This document shows positions 51,218 to 62,909 of a stretch of DNA of 64,000 nucleotides, one piece after another. Source of the stretch: Ranitomeya imitator (taxonomy: Eukaryota); assembly GCF_032444005.1 (NCBI RefSeq), contig NC_091284.1, forward strand, positions 172,112,001 to 172,176,000, read 5' to 3'. The position numbers and the translations under genes were made by a program. The notes beneath the pieces are model-generated. The model was not told the origin of the DNA. It made no database searches and saw only the letters and a program-made list of their open reading frames with translations. The stretch's first letter is position 1. The number at the start of each line of letters is the position of its first letter.

Positions 51218-51730
51218 TCGACTGTTGTCATCAGATGAGTCCTTGTTGGTGGTGGTGGTGGTCTTTGCTAATTGAATAACATCATTAATTCAGTCATTGG
51301 GACTCTGCATGAACAACACATGCCTAATTTCATCTTCATAGATGACAATGCTCCAGCTCATCAAGGTCATATCATTAGGGCATGTCTGCTGGGGTACCTC
51401 AAATGGATTGGCCTGCACTTTCTCCAGACCTGAATCCTGTAGAAAACCCATGGGATCAGCTGAGCCACCGTTTAGAGGCTTATAACTCTGTACTCCAGAA
51501 TCTCATTGACTATAACTCGGCGTGTGAACATCATGAGACATCATTGTCAAGCTGTAATTGGTGCTGAAGGCACCAATGTATTGAAACATTGACATTTTTT
51601 GTTGGCCTATACCCACCACTGTTGTTGGCTTTTGTCTCAACAAGTTATTTGAGATGAGGAAATCACCATTGCATGCTTCTACTTAAGTGCCCTACTTTCA
51701 TGATAAAAGATCACTGTAGTGTGAACTGTA
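51218..51730 (+). mobile_element. Tc1-like transposase 3' fragment
   Basis: FIFIDDNAPAH and MDWPALSPDLNPVENPWDQL (DD34E-type motifs). Confidence 0.75.
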
Positions 51731-51734
51731 GTGT

Positions 51735-51748
51735 TATATTTATATGTA

Positions 51749-51810
<62 letters not shown>
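51735..51810. repeat. (TA)n microsatellite
   Basis: Direct inspection. Other (TA)n tracts lie at 9543-9599, 10462-10493 and 12770-12820. Confidence 0.95.
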
Positions 51811-51811
<1 letters not shown>

Positions 51812-52794
51812 CGTCGACATGTCAGCCACGGGTAAAATAAGCAAGCGGCCATGCTACCTCCTTAGACAAAAATGAAACTGACAACATTTCATGTATAGGC
51901 AAATTGCTAAAAAGGCCGATGTATTTTAAGACGGATTTAACCCCTTAACGACCGCCGGTACGCCTTTTAACGGCGGAAGTTAAGGGATTTTCTCTGGGGT
52001 CTCGGTTGCCAGGGGTAACCGAGACCCCAGAGAACATGATTTGGGTCGGTTTTTACTGACCCCCGGGGTTGCGATCGCCGGTTAATAACCGTTTACCGGC
52101 AGCCACAAAAAAAACCCAAAACTCGATTTCCCATTTAATTTCTCTGTCCTCCAATGTGATCGCACATCAGAGGACAGAGAATTGGTGTCCCCCATAGCTC
52201 CCCGATACTCACCCGTCTCGCCCGATGCTCCTCATGGCTCCCGATGTGCGCCGCCATCTTTTTTCGGGAAAAAAATGGTGGGCACATGCGCAGTGCGCCC
52301 GCTGGCGGCACCCGGCAGATCTTTGGGGTCTCGGCTGCCGGGGGTAGCTGAGACCCCAAAGAACATAATCGGGGTTGGTTTTTATCGAACCCTCTTTTGC
52401 GATCGCCGGTAAATAACCGCTTACCGGCGATCGCTAAAAGAAAAAAAAAGTGGCGTGTCATTCTCTGTCCTCTGATGTGATCGCACATCAGAGGACAGAG
52501 AAATAAGGGGATCAGGGACCCTGTTACACTTACCGGTGTCCCTTGGTCCTCCTGTGTCCCCTCCTGGCCGCCGGCTTCTTCCTCCGGGAAGAAAATGGCG
52601 GATTCATGCGCAGTGTGCCCGCTGTGATCTGACGGCCGGCAGAAGAAGATTCTTTCTCTTGTTTTATTTTGGTCACTGTGAGATCCTATCACAGTAATCA
52701 AAATAAAAAAATAGTAAATAACCCCCCTTTATCACTCCTTTAGTAAGGAAAAAATAATAAAATAAAAAAGGTATGTATTTCTATTTGGAAATTG

Positions 52795-53400
52795 GGGTCA
52801 GGGCTAGGGTTAGGGCTAGGGTTAGGGTTGGTGCTAAAGTTAGGGTTAGGGTTGGGGCTAAAGTTAGGGTTAGGGTTGGGGCTAAAGTTAGGGTTAAGGT
52901 TGGAGCTAAAGTTAGGGTTAAGGCTAGGTCTAGGGTTGGTGCTAGAGTAAGGGTTAGGATTGGGACTAAAGTTAGGGCTAGGATTAGGGTTGGTGCTAAT
53001 GTTAGGGTTAGGGTTGGGGCTAAAGTTAGGGTTAGGGTTGGTGCTAGGGTTAGGGTTAGGTTTTGGGCTAAAGTTAGGGATCGGGTTGGGGCTAGGGTTA
53101 GGGTTGGGGCTGAAGTTAGGGTTATGGTTGGGGCTAAAGTTAGGGTTAGAGTTGGGATTAGGGTTAGAGTTGGGATTAGGGTTTGGATTAGGGTTAGGGT
53201 TGGCATTAGGGTTAGGGTTGGCATTAGGGTTACATTTGGGATTAGGGTTAGGTTTGGGATTAGGGTTAAGGTAAGGGTTGAGATTAGGGTTAGGTTTGAG
53301 GTGAGGGTTGAGATTATGATTAGGGGTGTGTTGTGTTTAGGGTAGGGTTGGGATTAGGGTTAGGGGTGTTTTGGGGTTAGGGTTTTGATTAGGGTTATGG
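52795..53400 (+). repeat. Telomere-like array: variant (TTAGGG)n with a ~24-bp higher-order unit GGGGCTAAAGTTAGGGTTAGGGTT
   Basis: Direct inspection; degenerates towards the 3' end. Confidence 0.9.
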
Positions 53401-53454
53401 ATTGGGTTGAGATTATCGTTAGGGGTGTTGGTGGTGGGGTTACGGTTGGAGTTA

Positions 53455-56118
53455 TAATTGGGGGGTTTCCACTTTATGTACATCAGGGGGTCTGCAAACG
53501 CGACAGCCAATTTTGCGCTGAAAAAGTCAAATGGTGCTCCCTCCCTTCTGAGGTTTGCCGTGCGCCTAAACAGTGGTTTACCCCCACATATGGGGTATCG
53601 ACGTACTCAGGACCAATTGGACATCAACTTTTGTGGTCCAGTTTCTCCTGTTACCCTTGCAAAAATAAAAAAATTGGAGGCTAAAAAAATCATTTTTGTG
53701 GGAAAAAAATGATTTTTTATTTTCATGGCTCTGCGTCAAACCTCTGTGAAGCACTTGGGCGTTCAAAATGATCACCACATATCTAGATAAGTTCCTTGGG
53801 GGTCTAGTTTCCAAAACAGGGTCACTTGTGGGGGGTTTCTACGGTTTAGGTACATCAGGGGCTCTGAAAATGCAACATGACACCCGCAGACCATTCCATC
53901 AAAGTCTGCTTTTTTTGAACCGTCACTACTTCCCTTCCGAGCCCTGATGTGTGCCCAAACAGTGGTCACTCCCACATATGGGGTATCAGCGTACTCGGAA
54001 CAAATTGGACAACAAATTTTGGGGTCCAATTTGTCCTGTTACCCTTGGGAAAATAAAAAATTGGGGGCTAAAAAAATCATTTTTGTGGAAAAAAAATATT
54101 TTCACGACTCTGCATTATAAACTTCTGTGAAGCACTTTAGCTTTGAAAGTGCTCAACACACATCTAGATAAGTTCCTTGGGGGGTCTAGTTTCCAAAATG
54201 GGGTCACTTGTGTTTTTTTTTACTGTTTAGGTACATCAGAGGCTCTGCAAAGGCAACATAACGCCCGCAGACCATTCTATCAAAGTCTGCATTCCAAAAC
54301 GGTGCTCCTTCCCTTCCGAGCTCTGCCATGCGCCCAAACAGTGGTCCCCCCCATATATGGGATATCAGCGTACTAAGCATAAATTGCACAATACATTTTG
54401 GGGTCCAATTTCTCCTGTTACCCTTGTAAAAGTAAAAATCTGGGGGTGAAAAGATCATTTTTGTGGAAAAATTATGATTTTTTATTTTCATAGCTCTACA
54501 TTATAAACTTCTGTGAAGCACCACACATCTAGATAGGCTCTTGGGGGGGAAGTCTAGTTTCCAAAATGGGGTCACTTGTGGGGGTTTCTACTGTTTAGGC
54601 ACATCAGTAGCTCTGCAAATGCAACATGACGCCCGCAGACCATTCCATCAAAGTCTGCAGTTTAAAACGTCACTACTTCCCTACCGAGCACCGATGTGTG
54701 CCCAAACATTGGTCCCCCCCCCCACATATGGAGTATCAGCGTACTCAGGACAAACTAGAAAACAAATTTTGGGGTCCAATTTCTCCTGTTACCCTTGAGA
54801 AAATAACAAATTGCGAGCTAAAAAATTATTTTTGAGGAAAAAAAGGATTTTTTATTTTCAAGGCTCTGCATTATAAAGTTCTGTGTAGCATTTGGGAGTT
54901 CAAAGTGCTTACCACACATCTAGATAAGTTCCTTGGGGGGTCTAGGTTCCAAAATGGCATCACTTGTGGGGGGTTTCTACTGTTTAGGTACATGAAGAGC
55001 TCTGCAAATGCAACATGACGCCCGCAGACCATTCCATCAAAGTCTGCATTTTAAAACGTCACTACTTCCATTCCGAGCCCCGATGTGTGTGCAAACAGTG
55101 GTCCCCCCCACATATGGGATATCAGCGTACTCAGGACAAACCGGACAACAAATTTTGTGGTCCAATTTCTCCTGTTACCCTTGAAAAAAGAAACAATTGT
55201 GAGCTAAAAAATCATTTTTGAGGGAAAAAAAAGGATTTTTTTTTCACGGCTCTGTTATAAATTTCTGTGAAGTACGTGGGGGTTCAAAGTGCTCACCACA
55301 CATTTAGGTAAGTTCCTTAATGGGTCTAGTTTCCAAAATGGGGTCACTTGTGGGGAGTTTCCACTGGTTAGCCACATGAGGGGCTCTCCAAACGCGACAT
55401 GGCGTCCGATCTCAATTCCAGCCAATTCTGCATTGAAAAAGTCAAACAGAACTCCTTCTCTTTCCAAGCTCTTCCGTGCGCCCAAACTGTAGTTTACCCC
55501 CACATATGGGGTATCGGCGTACTCAGGACAAATTGCACAACAACTTTTCAGGTCCAATTTCTCCTGTTACCCTTGTGAAAATTAAAATTTTGGGGCAAAA
55601 AGATCATTTTTGTAGAAAAAATGCGATTTTTTTTATTTTCTCGCCTCTATGTTATAAACTTCTGTGAAGCACCTGGGGCTTTAAAGTGCTCACCACACAC
55701 CTAGACAAGTTCCCTAAAGGGTCTAGTTTCCAAAATGGTGTCATTTGTGGGGGTTTCCACTATTTAGGCACATCAGGGGCTCTCCAAACGCGACATGGCG
55801 TCCTATCTCAATTTCAGCCAATGCTGCATTGAAAAAGTCAAACGGTGCTCCTTCTCTTCCCAGCTCTGCCATGCGCCCAAACTGTGGTTTTCCCCCACAT
55901 ATGGGGTATCGGCATACTCAGGACAAATTGCTTAACAAATTTTGTGGTTCATTTTCTCTTTCTACACTTGTGAAAATAAAAAAAATTGGTTCTGAAGTAA
56001 AATGTTTGCACAAAAAAGTTAAATATTCATTTTTTCCTTCTACATTGTTTCAGTTGCTGTGAAGCACACCAAGGGTTAATAAACTTCTTGAATGTGGTTT
56101 TGAGCACCTTGATGGGTG
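53455..56118 (+). repeat. Tandem array of about seven ~370-400 bp units
   Basis: The TAGTTTCCAAAA-like anchor occurs at ~53805, 54187, 54555, 54943, 55327 and 55724. Confidence 0.9.
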
Positions 56119-59100
56119 AGGTTTTATATAAAAAACACACTGGCGCTAAACCCTCTGAAATAAAAGGTAGAAAAAGAGAGCTGCTGGAATTTAGACAGAG
56201 GCTGTGCGTACCTCTGTCAGTTATATGAAATTAAATAATAAATCGAAAATACCGTGCTGCAAAAGATGATAAATTGAATGACCCAAGGTACACACAGAGT
56301 CACCAATTGTACTGTAAACTGTTTCTAGAGAAATCAGTCCGTCTGATAGCTAATCCAGGTACCTATTACACATAAAAATGTGAGTCCGCTTTTAAGGAAC
56401 TGTACTAATTATATGTTCGTTCCGTTGCTACTTGTATATTTTTAGGTAATCCACGTACCTTCTAGATGTCTGGCAGATGAGGGGTTACCCAACATAGGTG
56501 CACACCGTCATCCCGGGTGACTGAAGGTGTTGCTGCAAAGTATGTTGCTGGGCGAGGGAACACTGCGCGTGTATCACCCAGGGGTTATGTGATAGGTGGA
56601 GAGAACTGCCGCTACGTGCAGAGCCAGAGACGTCCCGGACGGTGGCATCCCTGGTTACATGACAAGGAAAAAAATGGCCGACGCTTCTCGGCCGCTCGAT
56701 CGCTTGTGACGTCACCGGTCTACGGAGCCTGATTAGGACCAAAAAACCAACGCATTTCTAAGTGAGTCGCACTTCTTCGTCGTGGTTACGGCTCCCTATC
56801 GGTCACTTCATTTATATAGTATAACCGGCAAGTCACCTGCCTACCACAATTAACCCTGTGTATAACCAAACTATATTTTCACCTACTAGGGGAGTAGCTT
56901 AGTGCGTTCCCTAATTATATTGGATACTTAGTTAACAAATTAAAATATAACTTTATTATACTACAAATGTAAATCATTAAAAACTGAAATTGATTCTAAA
57001 ATATAAATATTCTTAAAAATGCCTGTTAATTTAGATTTCTCTGGATGTGGCCCTTTGTATTAATACATATCAGGCTAATTATGCCTGTAATTTATTTGCA
57101 ATTTGTTACACTTCTAAAATGGTCATTATAATAATGATGATAATTGTACTACCACCAGCATCTTTTTATTAATTTATATTGCCAATTATACTGGTGGTAT
57201 GAAAAATGATCATAATAATAATAATGTTAGTTCCACCTTACAGAGATGTCAGTCATCTATAACAGAGTACATCCTGGTATATTTCATTCTACAGTAGTTC
57301 ACTTTACTACAGGTAGTCCTTAGAAAGCATACAGCTCCAGTTCAGAATTGAGACCTTTAGGAACTAGACTATCTAAGATAAAAATCCATTCGGATTCCCT
57401 TCTGGACATTTGTTTAATAAAATCCCCCCTCTCCAAGTTTGGTGTACCACTTGAATTCCACAGAATTGGACACCTTTAAATGATTGTTGATGTTTTTCTT
57501 TAAAATGGCGGGAGAGGGGGTGTCCCATAAAAGCTTTTAAAATATTCTTACAGTGTTCTTTCATACGTTCACTGAGCTTTCGTTTCGTGTGGCCCACATA
57601 AAGCTTTTTGCATGGACATTGGATTATATAGATGACTCCCTTGGAGTTTCAGGATATATGGTCTTTAATAATAAATTCATTAGTCCCGTTCATATCTGAA
57701 AATTTTGATTGCCTTGTTTTCTTAAAAGTGGTATGTGTGCATGCAAAGCAAGCCCCACAGGGTAAAAATCCAGTTCTCGCTTTATCCTTCGTCACTGGGT
57801 TATTGTCTGTTCTCGTGTGGGTCATTCTCATTGTGGGGGCTATAAGATGGCCCAGCGATTGAGTTTTTCTATATACAAATCTGGGGTTATTGGGGAAAAA
57901 TTCCCCTACTACCTTATCCTTTTTTTAAATTGGCCAATGTCTCTGTATGATGTTGACAAATTTTTTGTATCCTGCATGGAACTGTGTAATGAATGGTAGT
58001 GTTAAAATTTGTTCCTGCAGGTTCACATTTTCAACACCATGCGTCCTATCATTGCGGTTATCATTCCTATTATTACTACTGTTTTTCATCACCAGGGACT
58101 CTCTTGATATAAGGGCTACATCCTTTTGTGCTTTTTCCAACAATGGTCTCGGGTATCCTTTATCAATAAACTGTTGTGATAGATGGTTGGCTTCCCTATT
58201 GTAATCTACCATGTTGGAACAATTATGTCTTATCCTGGTGAATTGACTTTTGGGTATGTTGGTTAGCCATATCGGGAGGTGGCAGCTGGTGATGTGAATG
58301 AAACTGTTAGAATCCACCTCCATTCGATGGCACTTGGTGCATAACTGATTGTGTTCAACATAGATATTTAAGTCCAGAAAATTAACGTTAGTCGTACTAA
58401 TATTGGGTGTAAATTCTAGACCATATTGATTGTTATTAAGGCTTGAAATAAAAATGTTTAAATCAATTTGGGAGCCTTCCCATATAAATAAAATGTCGTC
58501 TATTAACTGACGCCACATGACTAGGCCTGGGTGTAATTGTCCTGCAGATTGGATGTGGGACTCCTCTCATTTGGCAACATATAGATTTGCATAACTTGGT
58601 GCGAACCGCATCCCCATTGTGGTTCCCCACGTCTGTAGGTAGTGTTGGCCTTCATATAGAAAGTAATTATGCTATAATATAAATTTGATGCAATCTAGAA
58701 TATATTGGATTTGTATTGGGGTATATGTGCCAAGGGTGCTAAGAAAATAACCTGCTGCTTGGCAGCCTTTTCCATGAATAATGACTGTATATAATGATTT
58801 AATATCTAGAGTACCTAGTATATATCCATCATTCCATTTTATTCCCTCTACAATTTCCAGCGTGTGGCCTGTGTCTTTTAGGTATCCTGGAATTAATTTC
58901 ATGCATTTCTGCAAGTGTACATCCACATATCGGGATAAAGGGATAAATTGGCTGTTAAGTTATTGATCCCAGATATGATAGGCCTGCCGGAAGGACATGT
59001 CTTATTTTTATGTAACTTGGGGATGTGATAGAAAATCACTTAACTAGGATTTTTATTCAAGATATAATGGAACTCCTTCTTGTTCAAAATCCCTAAGGAT

Positions 59101-60079
59101 TTACCTTTTTGAGCTAGAATATTTAATTTGCTGATATACTGAATAGTGGGATCGTGATTTAATTTTTTATACGTGATCTGATCATCTAAAAGTCTAATGG
59201 ATTCCTGATGGTACATGGATTGATCAAGGATCACAATACCCCCACCTTTATCTGCCGGTCTAACGACTAGATCATGATTGGTTTGTAGATCTTTAATTGC
59301 CTTTCTTTCCTGGGGATTCAAATTATGCGGTGCGTATTTTAGGTTCTTCATGTGACGGGGTGTACGGCAGAGCAAGAAGGGACAACAGGCCGAGGGATGA
59401 TTCAACAGATTTATTATCAAGAACGCTGGAACAACACATGCAGGTAGATCTACAGAGTCCACAATTAGTCCAACAGAACAGGTTCGGGGGCATCTCCAGA
59501 TAATCCTTGTGCCAGCTAACAAAGCAATAGTCCACACGAGTCCAAGGGATCCCAAAACAATCCCACGAGCGACGAGATATGTCCTCAGCTCAAGTCTCGC
59601 CCCATTCGCTTCCGCAGTCACAGATGGACATGGGGTCTTGCCTCAGCTAAGAATCCCCACTCCTTCTCCTACAAGGATCAACTCACATCTGATCTCAAAA
59701 TAAGAATGGATTGTCTGAGCTCCTGGGATCCGCCCATGAAGGGGGGTAGGGGTCACACCTTCTATTCAATGGTTGGGTCCACCAGAAGATTCTAGACTGG
59801 TGGGCTCCACATAGTCTATGTAGTATGTACATTTGACTAGCCAGTGGCCACCTGCTGTGAGGAAGAATTGCTATTCCTCCACTAGTGATGTTGACAAAGC
59901 TTAATTACATTAGAGCTGAGGGCTGCAAGTATTGGGGGAAGGAGACATATTGTTACAGGTGAACTCCCAGCACAATTAAATACATAAATTACAGCTAATA
60001 GAAACCAGAGAACAGTTACATACATCAAATGGCATATTATTCAAATACAGGACAGGGCAAAAGTACATATCATGACAAT

Positions 60080-60092
60080 CCCTTCCCCTCCC
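60080..60092 (-). promoter_or_regulatory. Polypurine tract
   Basis: GGGAGGGGAAGGG, 2 nt upstream of the 3' LTR on the minus strand. Confidence 0.85.
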
Positions 60093-60168
60093 AATTTGTG
60101 TACGTACCAGGGACCTCTACAGGTTGCTGGTTAAGTACACACAGGCAGAGCGTAACTTACATGTGGCT

Positions 60169-62103
60169 TCATGCAGCCACAAATTGGCATCGTAGCTCTC
60201 CCACATCATTGCCCAGGAGAACATCTGCAGGCAGACCACCCATCACCCCAACCACACATCGCCTGACCCCAAAACCAAAGTTCAGATCCACAGTGGCTGT
60301 GGGAATAGTCCTCCATTGTCCACCAGCCAGTTCAATGACAATCCCAGGTCCTCGATGGATTGCCTCAGGCCGAACCACTCGGGGATCAGCCAGTGTGAGG
60401 AAAGCCCCTGAGTCACAAAATCCAATAAGTCTCTGTCCATCCAGCATGACCTCCTGCAAGTGCTTACCTCGATGTGCAGAAGTCATCATAGCTGCATGTC
60501 GCACACCATAAACTCCTAGTGGTGCAACATGGGTGGGTGAGGCACAAGGCCAGTCCTCCCGTAGTGGTGACACGTCGTCCTCCTTGGCACTTGGCTGTAC
60601 ATAATTAATAATACGACTGGGTACAGGATCAATCCTCATTTGAACAGCTGGGCAGGAGGCTTGCAGATGCCCCGGCTGTCCACATCGATAGCATCTGTGC
60701 TGGGTCTCACTCCATCCAAGGCGTCCTCTTGGGCGAGGGGTAAGGGAACCTGGAGGCCGGCCCCCACCTGAAGGTGCTATAGGGTTTTGAGGACGACTCC
60801 TCCATGGGCTGGCTGGGCATGAGGCCTGCAGATGCCCCAGATGCCCACAACCATAACACCTGCGCTCTGCTACTTCCTCTCCTCGTCGTATTCCAGAAAA
60901 CGCAGTAGAAGCAACTGGAGGCACATTTACACGGGTATCAGCATGAGGTGGTGGCTTAGAGGAACGGGGAACAATGGGGACAGAAGAACAGGGGGCCACC
61001 GGTGTTGTGGAGCTGGTAGGCCTCTCTCCATCCTCCAACAGAATCCTCCACTGAGGCTTGATGGTGAGAGCCTCATCAGCTAGAGCTGCAGCTTCCTCCA
61101 CAGTGGCTGGTCTCCTTTCATGCACCCATTCCCGGATCTCAGCAGGGCACTTGAAGTAAAACTGCTCTTTTAGGATAACCTGGAGGAAGGTCTCCCAGGT
61201 TAAGGCCCCCTCTGCCTCCAGCCAGTGGCGACATATCTGTTTGAGTCTGTGGGCATACATCTTGAAAGACACTTCCTCATCACAGGCTAAAGTACGGAAC
61301 TGAGTCTTGTAAGTGTCTGGGGTAACAGCATAATGTTCTAGAATAGTCCGTTTAATCTCCGCATACTCACAGTTCCCCTGAGGGTCCATAGCTCTATAGG
61401 CTGCGGCAGCTCCACCCTCTAAGAGCCCCACCAGATGTCGGACTCGGTCCCTTTCTGGGACTTCCATTAATCGACACTGAAGCTCAAAGTCCTGGAAGAA
61501 GCCCTCAATGTCGCCTACAGCCTCATTAAAGGGCTTGAAGTCTTTGCGGGACACTCTGGGGAGTTCCCTCATGGTGGGTGCTGGGGTTAGAGTCTGTCTG
61601 GAGCTTCTAGCTGCTTCCAAAGCGATCTGCCTCTCCAGCAATGCCATCTCCTGAGCTCTGTCCTCGGCTCTGTGAATGGCCTCCCTCTCCTCGGCTCTGT
61701 GAATGGCCTCCCTCTCCTCGGCTCTGTGAATGGCCTCCCTCTCCCTCTCCTCGGCTCTGTGAATGGCCTCCCTCTCCCTCTCTTGAGCTCGGTGAATGGC
61801 CTCTTTCTTATAGTCTATGGTGGCCTCTTCGTCCAGCAATGCCAACTCCTCCTCGTACCACATAACCCACTGACTTTTTTGGGTATTTACCTCCGGCTGC
61901 AGTCTTTCCTCCATTTGCTGTGAGGATCCTTCCTCAGCGTCATCTTGCAGGCGAACTCCTTCCAAAGCCTCAATAAGCTGCTCCTCGGAGAGTCCCTTAA
62001 AGCGGACTCCTACTTCACGGGCCTTTGATTGTAGGCTCCCCAAAGTCCAGTTCTTGTACTCTGCGGTGTTGGTTCCCGATGTTGATGGGCCTTTGTCCTC
62101 CAT
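60169..62103 (-). CDS. gag: Gag-protease polyprotein (644 aa from the first internal ATG): N-terminal helical motif, coiled-coil repeats, capsid with SCAN-like region, two CCHC knuckles, aspartic protease
   Basis: Uninterrupted frame with (REAIHRAEE)n, FFQDFELQC, ILKEQF..IREWVHERRPATVEEAAALAD, CYGCGHLGHLQASC, CYRCGQPGHLQASC, FCDSGA and LLGNDV. Confidence 0.9.
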   Translation of the reverse strand: MEDKGPSTSGTNTAEYKNWTLGSLQSKAREVGVRFKGLSEEQLIEALEGVRLQDDAEEGSSQQMEERLQPEVNTQKSQWVMWYEEELALLDEEATIDYKKEAIHRAQEREREAIHRAEEREREAIHRAEEREAIHRAEEREAIHRAEDRAQEMALLERQIALEAARSSRQTLTPAPTMRELPRVSRKDFKPFNEAVGDIEGFFQDFELQCRLMEVPERDRVRHLVGLLEGGAAAAYRAMDPQGNCEYAEIKRTILEHYAVTPDTYKTQFRTLACDEEVSFKMYAHRLKQICRHWLEAEGALTWETFLQVILKEQFYFKCPAEIREWVHERRPATVEEAAALADEALTIKPQWRILLEDGERPTSSTTPVAPCSSVPIVPRSSKPPPHADTRVNVPPVASTAFSGIRRGEEVAERRCYGCGHLGHLQASCPASPWRSRPQNPIAPSGGGRPPGSLTPRPRGRLGWSETQHRCYRCGQPGHLQASCPAVQMRIDPVPSRIINYVQPSAKEDDVSPLREDWPCASPTHVAPLGVYGVRHAAMMTSAHRGKHLQEVMLDGQRLIGFCDSGAFLTLADPRVVRPEAIHRGPGIVIELAGGQWRTIPTATVDLNFGFGVRRCVVGVMGGLPADVLLGNDVGELRCQFVAA

Positions 62104-62117
62104 TCCTTCTGCTCTGG

Positions 62118-62134
62118 TCCCACTGCTGCCACCA
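62118..62134 (-). promoter_or_regulatory. Primer-binding site complementary to the tRNA-Leu 3' end
   Basis: TGGTGGCAGCAGTGGGA, 3 nt after the 5' LTR. It matches the complement of vertebrate tRNA-Leu ...UCCCACCGCUGCCACCA with one mismatch (recalled sequence, not searched). Confidence 0.8.
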
Positions 62135-62731
62135 GTTTGTGACGGGGTGTACGGCAGAGCAAGAAGGGACAACAGGCCGAGGGATGATTCAACAGATTTA
62201 TTATCAAGAACGCTGGAACTACACATGCAGGTAGATCTAGAGAGTCCACAATTATTCCAACAGAACAGGTTCGGGGGCACCTCCAGATAATCCTTGTGCC
62301 AGCTAACAAAGCAATAGTCCACACGAGTCCAAGGGATCCCAAAACAATCCCACGAGCGACGAGATATGTCCTCAGCTCAAGTCTCGCCCCATTCGCTTCC
62401 GCAGTCACAGATGGACATGGGGTCTTGCCTCAGCTAAGAATCCCCACTCCTTCTCCTTCAAGGATCAACTTACATCTGATCTCAAAATAAGAATGGATTG
62501 TCTGAGCTCCTGGGATCCGCCCATGAAGGGGGGTAGGGGTCACACCTTCTATTCAATGGTTGGGTCCACCAGAAGATTCTAGACTGGTGGGCTCTGCTTA
62601 ATCTATGTAGTATGTACATTTGACTAGCCACCTGCTGTGAGGAAGAATGGCTATTCCTCCACTAGTGATGTTGACAAAGCTTAATTACATTAGAGCTGAG
62701 GGCTGCAAGTATTGGGGGAAGGAGACATATT

Positions 62732-62909
62732 AACATAGTAACATAGTAACATAGTTAGTAAGGCCGAAAAAAGACATTTGTCCATCCAGTTCAGCCTATA
62801 TTCCATCATAATAAATCCCCAGATCTACGTCCTTCTACAGAACCTAATAATTGTATGATACAATATTGTTCTGCTCCAGGAAGACATCCAGGCCTCTCTT
62901 GAACCCCTC
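62732..62909 (-). mobile_element. Very short (~180 bp) CR1 3' stub inserted in one LTR
   Basis: Near-identical to 9085-9262. Flanked by duplicated ATATT (62727-62731 and 62917-62921). Absent from the other LTR (empty site at 59946-59955). Confidence 0.93.

Larger units (their letters stand above)
51941..56118 (+). mobile_element. TTAA-type (piggyBac-like) non-autonomous element, left ~4.2 kb, cut off by the Penelope element
   Basis: TTAA|CCCCTTAACGACC terminus. Contains a telomere-like array and ~370-400 bp tandem repeats homologous to 1-1350. Confidence 0.7.

Noticed and set aside
52773-53345. Arg/Val/Gly and Leu/Thr repeat ORFs
   Set aside because: Translations of the TTAGGG-variant array, with no evidence of a gene.
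60169-62322. ORF start at 62322 giving 717 aa
   Set aside because: The first 73 codons lie in the LTR/PBS and the same short frame exists in the other LTR. The ATG at 62103, just after the PBS, is the more plausible start.
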